A stretch of 32,962 nucleotides of DNA, from assembly GCA_964465955.1 (NCBI GenBank), contig CAYXMN010000005.1, forward strand, positions 1 through 32,962, written 5' to 3'. Position 1 is the first letter of the stretch. Each line of letters begins with the position of its first letter. Positions 8,180 to 15,301 of the stretch are shown one piece after another. The notes under the pieces are model-generated. The model had not been told where the DNA came from, searched no databases, and worked only from the letters and a program-made list of their open reading frames with translations. The DNA comes from an uncultured Planctomycetales bacterium. GTDB lineage: Bacteria; 4484-113; JAFGCY01. A program made the translations under genes and the position numbers.

Positions 8180-8800
8180 TTAATCGTAGACCCGGATCAG
8201 GCTCTTGAGCTTGCCCAGCACGCGCAGTTCAGTGAAATACATATCGGGATAGAGCGGATTGGCGGCCTTGAGCACGACCCGCCCTGCCTGGCGGAAAAAG
8301 AACTTAATGGTCGCCTCGTCTTCCACCAGCGCGGCGACAATGTCTCCGGGGCTGGCCGACGGCTGCTCGCGGAAGATCGCGATGTCGCCTTCCTTGATGC
8401 CCGCGTTGTGCATCGAATCGCCCTTGATGCGCAGCGCGAACAAGGTGGCGCCGTCTTCCGCCATCCCTTCGAGCGGCAGGCTGACGTAGTCCTCAATGTG
8501 CTGGTCGGCATAACTCAGCGCGCCGGCCGCGATACGCCCCAACACGGGGATGCGCTGCGGCTCTTCAATCCGCAGCACCTGTTTGCCCTTGCTGGCCAGC
8601 AGGATCGAGCGGCTGCGGTTCTTTGCCCGATCGATCAGCCCCTTCTTTTCCAGCGCAACCACATGGTCATAGGCGCCTTTCACGCTGCACTCGAAGGCCC
8701 CGGCAATGTCCCGGATGGCGGGAGCATAACCGTATTCCTCGCAGTATTTCGCAATAAACTGCAACACCTGGCGCTGTTTTTCCGTGACGCGTTTAGCCAT
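8180..8800 (-). CDS. lexA: LexA SOS repressor (wHTH plus S24 peptidase domain)
   Basis: The N-terminus reads MAKRVTEKQRQVLQFIAKYCEEYGYAPAIRDIAGAFECSVKGAYDHVVALEKKGLI. The Ala-Gly cleavage context is GRIAAGAL. The nucleophile motif is IKGDSMHNAGIKEGD and the catalytic Lys context is EATIKFF. Confidence 0.92.
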   Translation of the reverse strand: MAKRVTEKQRQVLQFIAKYCEEYGYAPAIRDIAGAFECSVKGAYDHVVALEKKGLIDRAKNRSRSILLASKGKQVLRIEEPQRIPVLGRIAAGALSYADQHIEDYVSLPLEGMAEDGATLFALRIKGDSMHNAGIKEGDIAIFREQPSASPGDIVAALVEDEATIKFFFRQAGRVVLKAANPLYPDMYFTELRVLGKLKSLIRVYD

Positions 8801-8806
8801 AACATT

Positions 8807-8835
8807 ATTATACTAAACTAGTGTATAACCGTCAA
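8807..8835 (-). promoter_or_regulatory. lexA promoter TTGACG-17-TATAAT, placed so that the transcript starts at or next to the ATG (leaderless)
   Basis: The minus strand reads TTGACG GTTATACACTAGTTTAG TATAAT AATGTT ATG (-35 at 8830-8835, -10 at 8807-8812). Only 6 nt separate the -10 box from the start codon, and there is no SD. Confidence 0.55.
8809..8827. promoter_or_regulatory. Dyad-symmetric element inside the lexA promoter spacer; candidate LexA operator
   Basis: TATAC-N9-GTATA spans 8809-8827, with an inner perfect ACTA-AAC-TAGT at 8812-8822. It overlaps the -10 box. It does not match the CTGT-N8-ACAG, GAAC-N4-GTTC or GTTC-N7-GTTC SOS boxes. Confidence 0.35.
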
Positions 8836-8938
8836 GCGTGAGTGGAAATATCAGTCAACCCGTACTAAAAATCGTTGATCATTGCCAAGCGTTAAGGAGA
8901 TCAGCGGCGGTAGGCCGGACACGCCTGGCGCAGTGCGC

Positions 8939-9967
8939 TTACAGCCCGCTGCGCACCCAGCCGCGCAACTGTTCCACCGCCTGCCACAGCTCCAGTACGC
9001 CGTCTTGCACCTGCGCCGCGAGCTGCTCCAGCCGCCCGGCCAGTACACGATCCAGCAGCTCTGATACTTGCGCGCGCAGGACGAACGCCAGCTCGCGCAC
9101 TAGGCGTTGGCGGCGGCGCGGATGCCCGGCGGGCAGAGCTGCCAGCCAGGCGCGGTGCCGTTCCAGCTCTTTCGCCAAGTCCGCCACCCCGAGGCCTTGC
9201 TGCGCCGCTAAAGCCAAGACGGGAGGCTCCCAAGGCGCCAGCCCAGCGCTAACCGGGACAGGGGCGGCCGCGGCCTCAGCGGCGGACTGAGCCGCCAGGC
9301 CGTGATGTGCTATATCGCTTGCGCTGATACTGCCAAGCTCCAGGCTGAAACGGATTTCTTTGAGCAGCAGCTCCGCGCCGGGACGGTCGCACTTGTTCAC
9401 CGCGAACACGTCGCCAACTTCCAGGATGCCCGCCTTGAGCAGTTGCACCCCGTCGCCGCCTTCCGGGCTGAACAGCGCTACGACGGTATCCGCCAGGCAG
9501 ATTACGTCGTAGCCGGTTTGCCCCACGCCGACGGTCTCAATCAGGATCCGGCCGTACCCCGCAGCTTCGAGTACGCTGGCTACCGCGCTCGCCCCCGGCG
9601 TTACGCCGCCTAGGCTGCCGCGGCTGCCCAGCGAGCGGATAAACACATCAGGATCACCCTGGCCCTCGCTGATGCGCAGGCGATCACCGAGCAGCGCGCC
9701 GCCGGTGAAGGGGCTTGTCGGATCGACCGCGATCACTCCGACCCGGTGCCCCGCGCGGCGCAGTTCTCTGATCAGCGCGTTGAGCAGGGTGCTTTTACCC
9801 ACGCCGGGACTGCCCGTCACGCCGATACGGTGGGCCGGCGCCGCTGGCGCGGGCAGGCTGGCCAGCAATGCGCTCACATCCGCCGGCGCGCCGGTGGCGG
9901 CCGTGCTGAGAATGCGTCCAAGCTCGGTCTGGTCCGCGAGCTGTGCTACGTCAATTAGCGACGGCAT
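8939..9967 (-). CDS. meaB: MeaB/ArgK-type G3E GTPase (methylmalonyl-CoA mutase-associated family)
   Basis: P-loop GVTGSPGVGKSTLLNAL is followed by GHRVGVIAVDPTSPFTGGALLGDRLR, ILIETVGVGQ and VNKCD. No mutase gene lies nearby in this window. Confidence 0.85.
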   Translation of the reverse strand: MPSLIDVAQLADQTELGRILSTAATGAPADVSALLASLPAPAAPAHRIGVTGSPGVGKSTLLNALIRELRRAGHRVGVIAVDPTSPFTGGALLGDRLRISEGQGDPDVFIRSLGSRGSLGGVTPGASAVASVLEAAGYGRILIETVGVGQTGYDVICLADTVVALFSPEGGDGVQLLKAGILEVGDVFAVNKCDRPGAELLLKEIRFSLELGSISASDIAHHGLAAQSAAEAAAAPVPVSAGLAPWEPPVLALAAQQGLGVADLAKELERHRAWLAALPAGHPRRRQRLVRELAFVLRAQVSELLDRVLAGRLEQLAAQVQDGVLELWQAVEQLRGWVRSGL

Positions 9968-11171
9968 AGTGGTATACCTTATTGGTGGCGGAATCGGTCA
10001 CGAAGCAATGGCGGCCATCGTCTGACACATCCACTGCGTACGGATCAACCAAGTCTCCCAAGCCGAAGCTGCCGATGCGCTCTAGACGCGGATTAAGCAG
10101 CGCCACCTCGCGGCGGCCGCCGTCCAGCAAGAACACTAGCCCGCTTGGCGCAACGTCCACATCGATGGGAATGTCGAAGCGCTGGCCAAGCTCCGGGCTC
10201 GCCGCGGACACGATGCGTAGCAGCGTCCCCCAGTTTGCCTCAGGATCAGACCGTCCTTCGAAGATTTGCAGCCGACGGTTGCCGCCGTCGCAGACGATGA
10301 GCTTGTTGAAGGCAAAGGCAATCCCGCCCAGGTGGTTAAAGGCGCCCGGCGTGGAGCCGGCATTGCTGGCGATCTGCAGCTGCATGAAGGACTGCGGCTT
10401 GCCGGCCAAATCGACCTTGGCGTTCATGATTGCACTGAAGTTCGGCACCTCGCACAGCGTCTTCGTGCGCCAGCGCCCGCTGCCGGGCACGCACAGGTAC
10501 AGGTAGTTGCTGGTGGAATCCGCGTAGCCCACCGTCGGCCCGTCGGCGGCGATGAACGAGGGCCAGAGCATCTGGGAGGTCATGAAATTCTTTGGCACGC
10601 CGTCCGGGGTGACCAGGTAGAATCCGGCTCCGCGCTTGGCGTGCACCCCGGTGTTGGTGTGCGCTTGATCCGCCAGCCAGAATCCCGCCGGGGTGACAAC
10701 AACGTCCGCGGCTTTGAACAGGCGGCCTTGGCTGTCGATCCACGGCGCGCCGTACGCGGCTTCCCAGTTGCCCCGCTTCTTAGTGCCCTCCCGCTGCTGC
10801 TGGTGGAGCAACTCGTCGCTGGGTAGCGTGCCTGCCAGCGCATTGCCTTGGCCCACCTCCCGCAGGTACTTGCCGTTGAAATCAAAGATTTGCACGCGGC
10901 TGATGCCGAGATCGCACACCCACACTTCGCCGGCGGTGGCGCACAGCCCGGCGATTTCGCAAAACTGGCCCGGCGGGTAGAACGTGTTCCAGGGATCAGC
11001 GCCTTCCGCGAGCGGTGGCGCCGGTTCGCCAAAGGTTCCGGCCAGCTTCCACGCAGTTTCGAACTCGTCGCTCGCGCCCTGCACAGGCAGGTCGGCGTCC
11101 ACGCGCTGGAGGCAGCCGCCCAGCAAGGGCAGCGCAGCCAGCAGCGTGATGGTTAGCAATCTCAAGCTCAT
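9951..11171 (-). CDS. NHL-repeat beta-propeller lipoprotein
   Basis: The signal peptide has a lipobox: MSLRLLTITLLAALPLLGGC. NHL-like repeats include SRVQIFDFNGKYLREVG, RRLQIFEGRSDP and PYAVDVSDDGRHCFVTDSATNKVYHY. The start overlaps the upstream stop (ATGA) and the stop overlaps the meaB start by 17 nt. Confidence 0.75.
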   Translation of the reverse strand: MSLRLLTITLLAALPLLGGCLQRVDADLPVQGASDEFETAWKLAGTFGEPAPPLAEGADPWNTFYPPGQFCEIAGLCATAGEVWVCDLGISRVQIFDFNGKYLREVGQGNALAGTLPSDELLHQQQREGTKKRGNWEAAYGAPWIDSQGRLFKAADVVVTPAGFWLADQAHTNTGVHAKRGAGFYLVTPDGVPKNFMTSQMLWPSFIAADGPTVGYADSTSNYLYLCVPGSGRWRTKTLCEVPNFSAIMNAKVDLAGKPQSFMQLQIASNAGSTPGAFNHLGGIAFAFNKLIVCDGGNRRLQIFEGRSDPEANWGTLLRIVSAASPELGQRFDIPIDVDVAPSGLVFLLDGGRREVALLNPRLERIGSFGLGDLVDPYAVDVSDDGRHCFVTDSATNKVYHYAVAN

Positions 11172-11905
11172 GCGGTTCCCGTAACGATGATATACCCTGC
11201 CTGGGGAGTTAGCCGATCCAACAGCAGGTGGAAGTCGTAATTGAGCTGCTCCTTGGCGCGATCGATATCCTTTTTACTACGCTCGTGGAACTTGGCCAAG
11301 TCATAGACCGGGTTCACCTCGCGCTCGATGAGCTTGTTCACGGGGCCGGGCACCTTCATCCCCGCCATCTTGCTGCGATCGATACTGAAGATGAGCTGCG
11401 TTTGGTTCTGCACGCTGAGGTTGCCCTTCACTTCGAACGGAATGCGGGTGAGCAACGCGGAGTAGCTGCCCTGCAGCGCCACGCCCTCCTCATCAATGGT
11501 TACCTGCGGATCCGGGCCCAGCTCGGTAGTGTCAGCCTGCAGCGCATCCGTCAACGCTTGCTCGGTGATGGTGGTTTGAAAATCGATTGACCCGATGGAC
11601 AGCTTGCCCTCCGCGCCGGGCTGCACGCCGCCGACGGTGATCACGGCATGCTTGATCAGCAGCGGCTCCAAATACAGGTCCGTGAAATCGAAGGTGAGTT
11701 GGACACTGCCGGGCGGCGGAGCTTGCTCGCCGTCTTTCAACGTCAGCTCTTCAGCGGGAGTCGCCGTGATGTGCACGTCCGCCAGCGGCACCGGCGGGTG
11801 CTTCAGCACGGTCTCGCGCACCTGGGCTTCCACCTCCGCCGGACTCGCGCCCGCGCTCATCAGGCTTGCCACCGCCGCCAGCAGCAGCGCGATCAGTTCA
11901 GCCAT
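11168..11905 (-). CDS. Hypothetical exported protein, possibly DUF2993/LmeA-like
   Basis: The track ORF (to 12070) overlaps tmk. The internal ATG at 11905 gives MAELIALLLAAVASLMSAGASPAE (signal or anchor) and overlaps the tmk stop as ATGGCTGA. The domain call rests on overall resemblance only. Confidence 0.5.
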   Translation of the reverse strand: MAELIALLLAAVASLMSAGASPAEVEAQVRETVLKHPPVPLADVHITATPAEELTLKDGEQAPPPGSVQLTFDFTDLYLEPLLIKHAVITVGGVQPGAEGKLSIGSIDFQTTITEQALTDALQADTTELGPDPQVTIDEEGVALQGSYSALLTRIPFEVKGNLSVQNQTQLIFSIDRSKMAGMKVPGPVNKLIEREVNPVYDLAKFHERSKKDIDRAKEQLNYDFHLLLDRLTPQAGYIIVTGTA

Positions 11906-12575
11906 TTCGCCATTCCTCCAGTTTGTGGTCCACGGCCCGCCGCACGGCTCCCGCGGTCTCATCCACCGAGCCGCCGCTGGGTATCCGGACGTAGCGCGCC
12001 GGCTCGCGGTTCGCCAATTCCGCGTAACGCTGGCGCACGCGCATGAAATACCCGCGGTCGCGCCGTTCAATGGCGTCCAAGGCCTCCGGCTGGTTCGCGG
12101 CCTGGCCCAGCGCCAGCGCCAGCGGGTAGCGCCGGCCCAGCGCGTCTTCAGGCGGCAAATCGAGCCAGAGCGTCAGGTCGGGCTTGAGCCCGCTCGCCGC
12201 GGCATGGCACACCGTGCGCAGCGTGTTCTCGCCAATCCGGCCCAGCGCGCCTTGATAGGCGAGCGTGCTGTCGGTGAAGCGATCGAGCACCACGAGCCGC
12301 CCTTCCGCCAGGTCCGGCTTGACCCGCACCTCCACCAGTTCCGAGCGCGCCGCGCAAAACAGCAGCAGCTCCGCCAGCGGGCTGTGCGCCAGCCCGGCCT
12401 TGGTCAGCTCGCGGATTTGCTCACCGAGCAGCGTGGCCCCCGGTTCGCGGTACGTCGTGGCGCGCAGCTGGCGCGACGCCAGGTGCTGCATCAGCAGGTT
12501 GACGTGGGTCGTCTTACCCACGCCGTCAATGCCTTCAAGAGTGATCAACCGCCCGGCCCGGTCACTCACGCCCAT
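11898..12575 (-). CDS. tmk: Thymidylate kinase
   Basis: P-loop ITLEGIDGVGKTTHVNLL, then YREPGATLLGEQIR and LVVLDRFTDSTLAYQG. The start was chosen at ATG 12575 (MGVSDRAGRLITLEG), and the track start at 12716 was rejected as an extension into the upstream gene. Confidence 0.9.
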   Translation of the reverse strand: MGVSDRAGRLITLEGIDGVGKTTHVNLLMQHLASRQLRATTYREPGATLLGEQIRELTKAGLAHSPLAELLLFCAARSELVEVRVKPDLAEGRLVVLDRFTDSTLAYQGALGRIGENTLRTVCHAAASGLKPDLTLWLDLPPEDALGRRYPLALALGQAANQPEALDAIERRDRGYFMRVRQRYAELANREPARYVRIPSGGSVDETAGAVRRAVDHKLEEWRNG

Positions 12576-13215
12576 CCTCCTGCGGGCGCACCGTGCCGGC
12601 GAGGGCCCCGCTAGCCACGAGCTGCTGCGTCGCGGCGCGCGCCAGGTCTTGCAGCACGCGGCGGGCCAGCTGGGCCGTGTCTTTGGTGCGGGCGCTATAA
12701 GCCTTGGGCTTGTCAAAATCGGCGATGCCGTCCGCCACGACTAAGCCCGTTTGGCACTCGACCAGCCGCCAGGACATCGCCCCCTTGGCGGTGGGATAAC
12801 TCGAACCCGCGTTGGGCCAAGTGCCGCCGGTGATCTCCACCCCGCCGAACACGCCGGTCAGCAGCGCTTCCACTTCGAAGTGCGCCCCGAGCTTGACCGC
12901 CTCGTCCAGTAGCAACGGGCCTGCGGGCAAGTCGAGCGCCGCGGGATCGACCAGCACGAACTCCACCTCGGGCAATTCCTTTTCAAGCTGAGCCTGCCAG
13001 ATTGTGAGCAGATCCGCCGCTCCGTCGCGCAAGCCGCCGTCATCGCGCAGCGGCGCCAGGCCCACCCGGGTGAACTGCCCGCTGCTGGCCGCGGCGTCGG
13101 CCGATTCCGCCAGCGTCCCGCCCTCCGCCAAGGCAGTCCCGGCCCGCAAGCTGAGCGCCGCCAGCAGGGCCAGACCCAAGCATCGGATGAGGTGAAGGGT
13201 GCGTACCCGGAGCAT
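12562..13215 (-). CDS. Hypothetical secreted protein
   Basis: Signal peptide MLRVRTLHLIRCLGLALLAALSLRAGTALAEG. No confident domain. The stop overlaps the tmk start by 14 nt. Confidence 0.55.
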   Translation of the reverse strand: MLRVRTLHLIRCLGLALLAALSLRAGTALAEGGTLAESADAAASSGQFTRVGLAPLRDDGGLRDGAADLLTIWQAQLEKELPEVEFVLVDPAALDLPAGPLLLDEAVKLGAHFEVEALLTGVFGGVEITGGTWPNAGSSYPTAKGAMSWRLVECQTGLVVADGIADFDKPKAYSARTKDTAQLARRVLQDLARAATQQLVASGALAGTVRPQEDGRE

Positions 13216-13251
13216 ATCAGACTATTCTACCGCCGCGCCAGAGCGCCGGGC

Positions 13252-13857
13252 TTAGCCCTTCAGCGCGGCGAGCAGGCGGCGGATCAGCTCCGCCGCGTCG
13301 TCGCCGGCGTAATCCTTGCGCGCTCTGGCCAGCGCCGCCTCCGCTTGCGCGCGGGGGAACCCGAGGGCCACCGCCGCCGCCAGCGCGTCCGCCGCCGCAC
13401 CGGCGGGCTGCTGCGCCGGGCCGCCTGCCACCTCGGCATGCGCGCCGAAATCTTTGGCCACCTTCTCGCCGAGTTCCAGGCAGATCTTCTTGGCCAGCTT
13501 GGGTCCCACGCCGCTGACCGTGGTCAGCAGCCGTTCATCGCCGTCGCGCAGCGCCGCCACCAACGCCGGCGCGCCAAGGTTGAGCAGGTTCAGCGCCACG
13601 CGCGGGCCGACGCCGGAGCCCGAGATCAGCACCGCGAATAAATCCCGGGCCAGCGGGCTGGTGAAACCGTAAAGCCTGAGCGTATCAGACTGCGTGGCCA
13701 GGTGCAGATACGTGCTGAGTTCCGTCAGCTCACCCTGGCTGAGCTGCGCGGCGTGCGCCGGCGGCAGGTACAGCTCCAGCGCCACCGGGCCGCAGGCGAA
13801 CAAGACGCGCCCGTCGAGCCCGATCGAGACCACGGTGCCATGCAGGCTGGCGATCAT
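13252..13857 (-). CDS. ruvA: Holliday junction DNA helicase subunit RuvA
   Basis: MIASLHGTVVSIG ... LRLYGF ... ARDLFAVLISGSGVGPRVALNLL ... VSGVGPKLAKKI (HhH motifs). The start overlaps the ruvC stop (ATGA). Confidence 0.9.
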   Translation of the reverse strand: MIASLHGTVVSIGLDGRVLFACGPVALELYLPPAHAAQLSQGELTELSTYLHLATQSDTLRLYGFTSPLARDLFAVLISGSGVGPRVALNLLNLGAPALVAALRDGDERLLTTVSGVGPKLAKKICLELGEKVAKDFGAHAEVAGGPAQQPAGAAADALAAAVALGFPRAQAEAALARARKDYAGDDAAELIRRLLAALKG

Positions 13858-14357
13858 TTACGCACCTCCCGCAGGGCGGCTGGAATACTCGCGCGCTGGC
13901 TGTGGCACAGCGCCACCGCGATGGCATCCAACTCATCATCGAGGCGGGCCGCGCCATCCAGCGCCACCAGCCGCCGCGCCATGAATGCCACCTGTGCTTT
14001 ATCCGCCCGGCCATTACCGGTGAGCTGGCTTTTGACCATTGTCGGCGCATACTCGCCGATGGGCAGCCCGGCGGCGGCGGCGCGCTCCAGCACCACCCCG
14101 CGCGCCTGGGCCACGCCGATGGCGGTTTTCACGTTCTTGGTGAAATACAACTCCTCCACGGCGAGGCAGTCCGGCGCATGCTCGCTAAGCAGCGTGTCAA
14201 GCCCGCGGGCCAGCTCGTGCAGCCGTTCGGGCAGGCTCATGCCGCGCGTCGTCTGCAATGTTCCGCTGGCCAGCACCTGCCCTGGCTTGCCCGGTGCGGC
14301 GAGCAGGAGCGCCCAGCCGCAGCGGTCATAGCCCGGATCGATGCCAAGGATGCGCAC
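13854..14357 (-). CDS. ruvC: Crossover junction endodeoxyribonuclease RuvC
   Basis: V/MRILGIDPGYDRCGWALL ... LAVEELYF ... QARGVV ... DELDAIAVALCH. The start was taken as GTG 14357, giving the family-typical N-terminus. The track uses TTG at 14387. Confidence 0.85.
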   Translation of the reverse strand: MRILGIDPGYDRCGWALLLAAPGKPGQVLASGTLQTTRGMSLPERLHELARGLDTLLSEHAPDCLAVEELYFTKNVKTAIGVAQARGVVLERAAAAGLPIGEYAPTMVKSQLTGNGRADKAQVAFMARRLVALDGAARLDDELDAIAVALCHSQRASIPAALREVRK

Positions 14358-14418
14358 TGCTGCATAATACACCCCGGCCACACGCAACTAACTTAGCGGT
14401 GTTATAGTCTTAATAAGC

Positions 14419-15177
14419 ATGGGGTACGGTTTTCGCTACGTATTAGGCGCAGTGGTTTTAATCGCCGTGTTGTTCGCTGGGCTTTCGCTGTTGCCCACGG
14501 CGATCAACCAGTGGCTAGTTCCCGCCGGCACCAGCCAGTCCAAGACCGCGGCCAGCGCGCCCAACCCGGCGGACCAAGCCCAGCAAGGCGCCTACAAACT
14601 GCCCGTCCCCGCCCCGCCGCAACCGCCCACCAAGCGCACGCCCGGCGGCGTGTCGAACCCGCCGCGCAAACCCGGCCCCACCGCTTCGAGCAGCGGGCAC
14701 GCGCAGCCAGCCGGACCGGCAGGCGGCGCTCCCGGCGGCGGCGGACCGGGTAATACTCCCGGCGCCGGCTCTGGCGGCATCATCGGCAGCCTGCCCGGCG
14801 GCGCCACGGGTGGAGGCAACGCCGGCGCGCCCGCCAGCCGCCCCCCTGTCACCGGCGGGCCCGCCAGCTCCGCGCCCGCGCCGCAGTGGTTCAAACTGGG
14901 CGGCGCTCAGCCGGATGACGGCCAAGCCTTGAATGCCATCGGCTGGCGCCAGGCGCGGTTTAGCCTGATCCTGCATAAGGAACCGGCCGGCGAGCCGTTC
15001 CGCGCCGCCACGAAAAGCAAAGCGCCGCTGACAATCGTCAAGGGCTCCCGGTTATGGGCCATCCGCCAGGAGGGGGAGTGGATCCTGGTGCGCTCGCCGG
15101 GCCGCACCATCGGCTGGGTCAATGCGGGTGATTTGGAGCCGATGTCGAGCACGCTGCAAATGCTGTACGGCGGGTAA
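14419..15177 (+). CDS. Membrane-anchored Pro/Gly-rich protein with C-terminal SH3b-like domain
   Basis: N-terminal TM segment VLGAVVLIAVLFAGLSLL. A low-complexity P/G/A linker of about 130 aa follows. The C-terminus GSRLWAIRQEGEWILVRSPGRTIGWVNAGDLEP resembles bacterial SH3. Confidence 0.6.
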   Translation: MGYGFRYVLGAVVLIAVLFAGLSLLPTAINQWLVPAGTSQSKTAASAPNPADQAQQGAYKLPVPAPPQPPTKRTPGGVSNPPRKPGPTASSSGHAQPAGPAGGAPGGGGPGNTPGAGSGGIIGSLPGGATGGGNAGAPASRPPVTGGPASSAPAPQWFKLGGAQPDDGQALNAIGWRQARFSLILHKEPAGEPFRAATKSKAPLTIVKGSRLWAIRQEGEWILVRSPGRTIGWVNAGDLEPMSSTLQMLYGG

Positions 15178-15301
15178 CGCGCGTTTCTTTGCCGCTCTGA
15201 TTCCTATGGAATGCGAATCCGCAAGGTTCCACCTTCAACCTAACCCACGCGGCCCTTGCCAGTGGACCTGGGTTCAACCGCGGCCAGGAGCCTGAACGGC
15301 A

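Noticed and set aside
8174-8821. 215-aa plus-strand ORF
   Set aside because: It is exactly antisense to the well-supported lexA gene. It has no recognisable motif and is a typical high-GC shadow ORF.
11595-12614. 339-aa plus-strand ORF
   Set aside because: It is antisense to tmk and the DUF2993-like gene. Its Arg/Ala/Pro-rich composition is typical of a wrong-frame translation of GC-rich DNA.
14388-14396. CTAA-C-TTAG palindrome upstream of ruvC, resembling the ACTA-AAC-TAGT core of the lexA dyad; considered as a second SOS box
   Set aside because: There are only 9 nt, the spacing differs from the lexA element, and it could easily arise by chance. A genome-wide motif search is needed before calling it.
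14560-14890. Repetitive-looking GC-rich stretch; considered as a tandem DNA repeat or CRISPR-like array
   Set aside because: It encodes the low-complexity Pro/Gly/Ala linker of the SH3b-like protein. There is no regular repeat-spacer periodicity.
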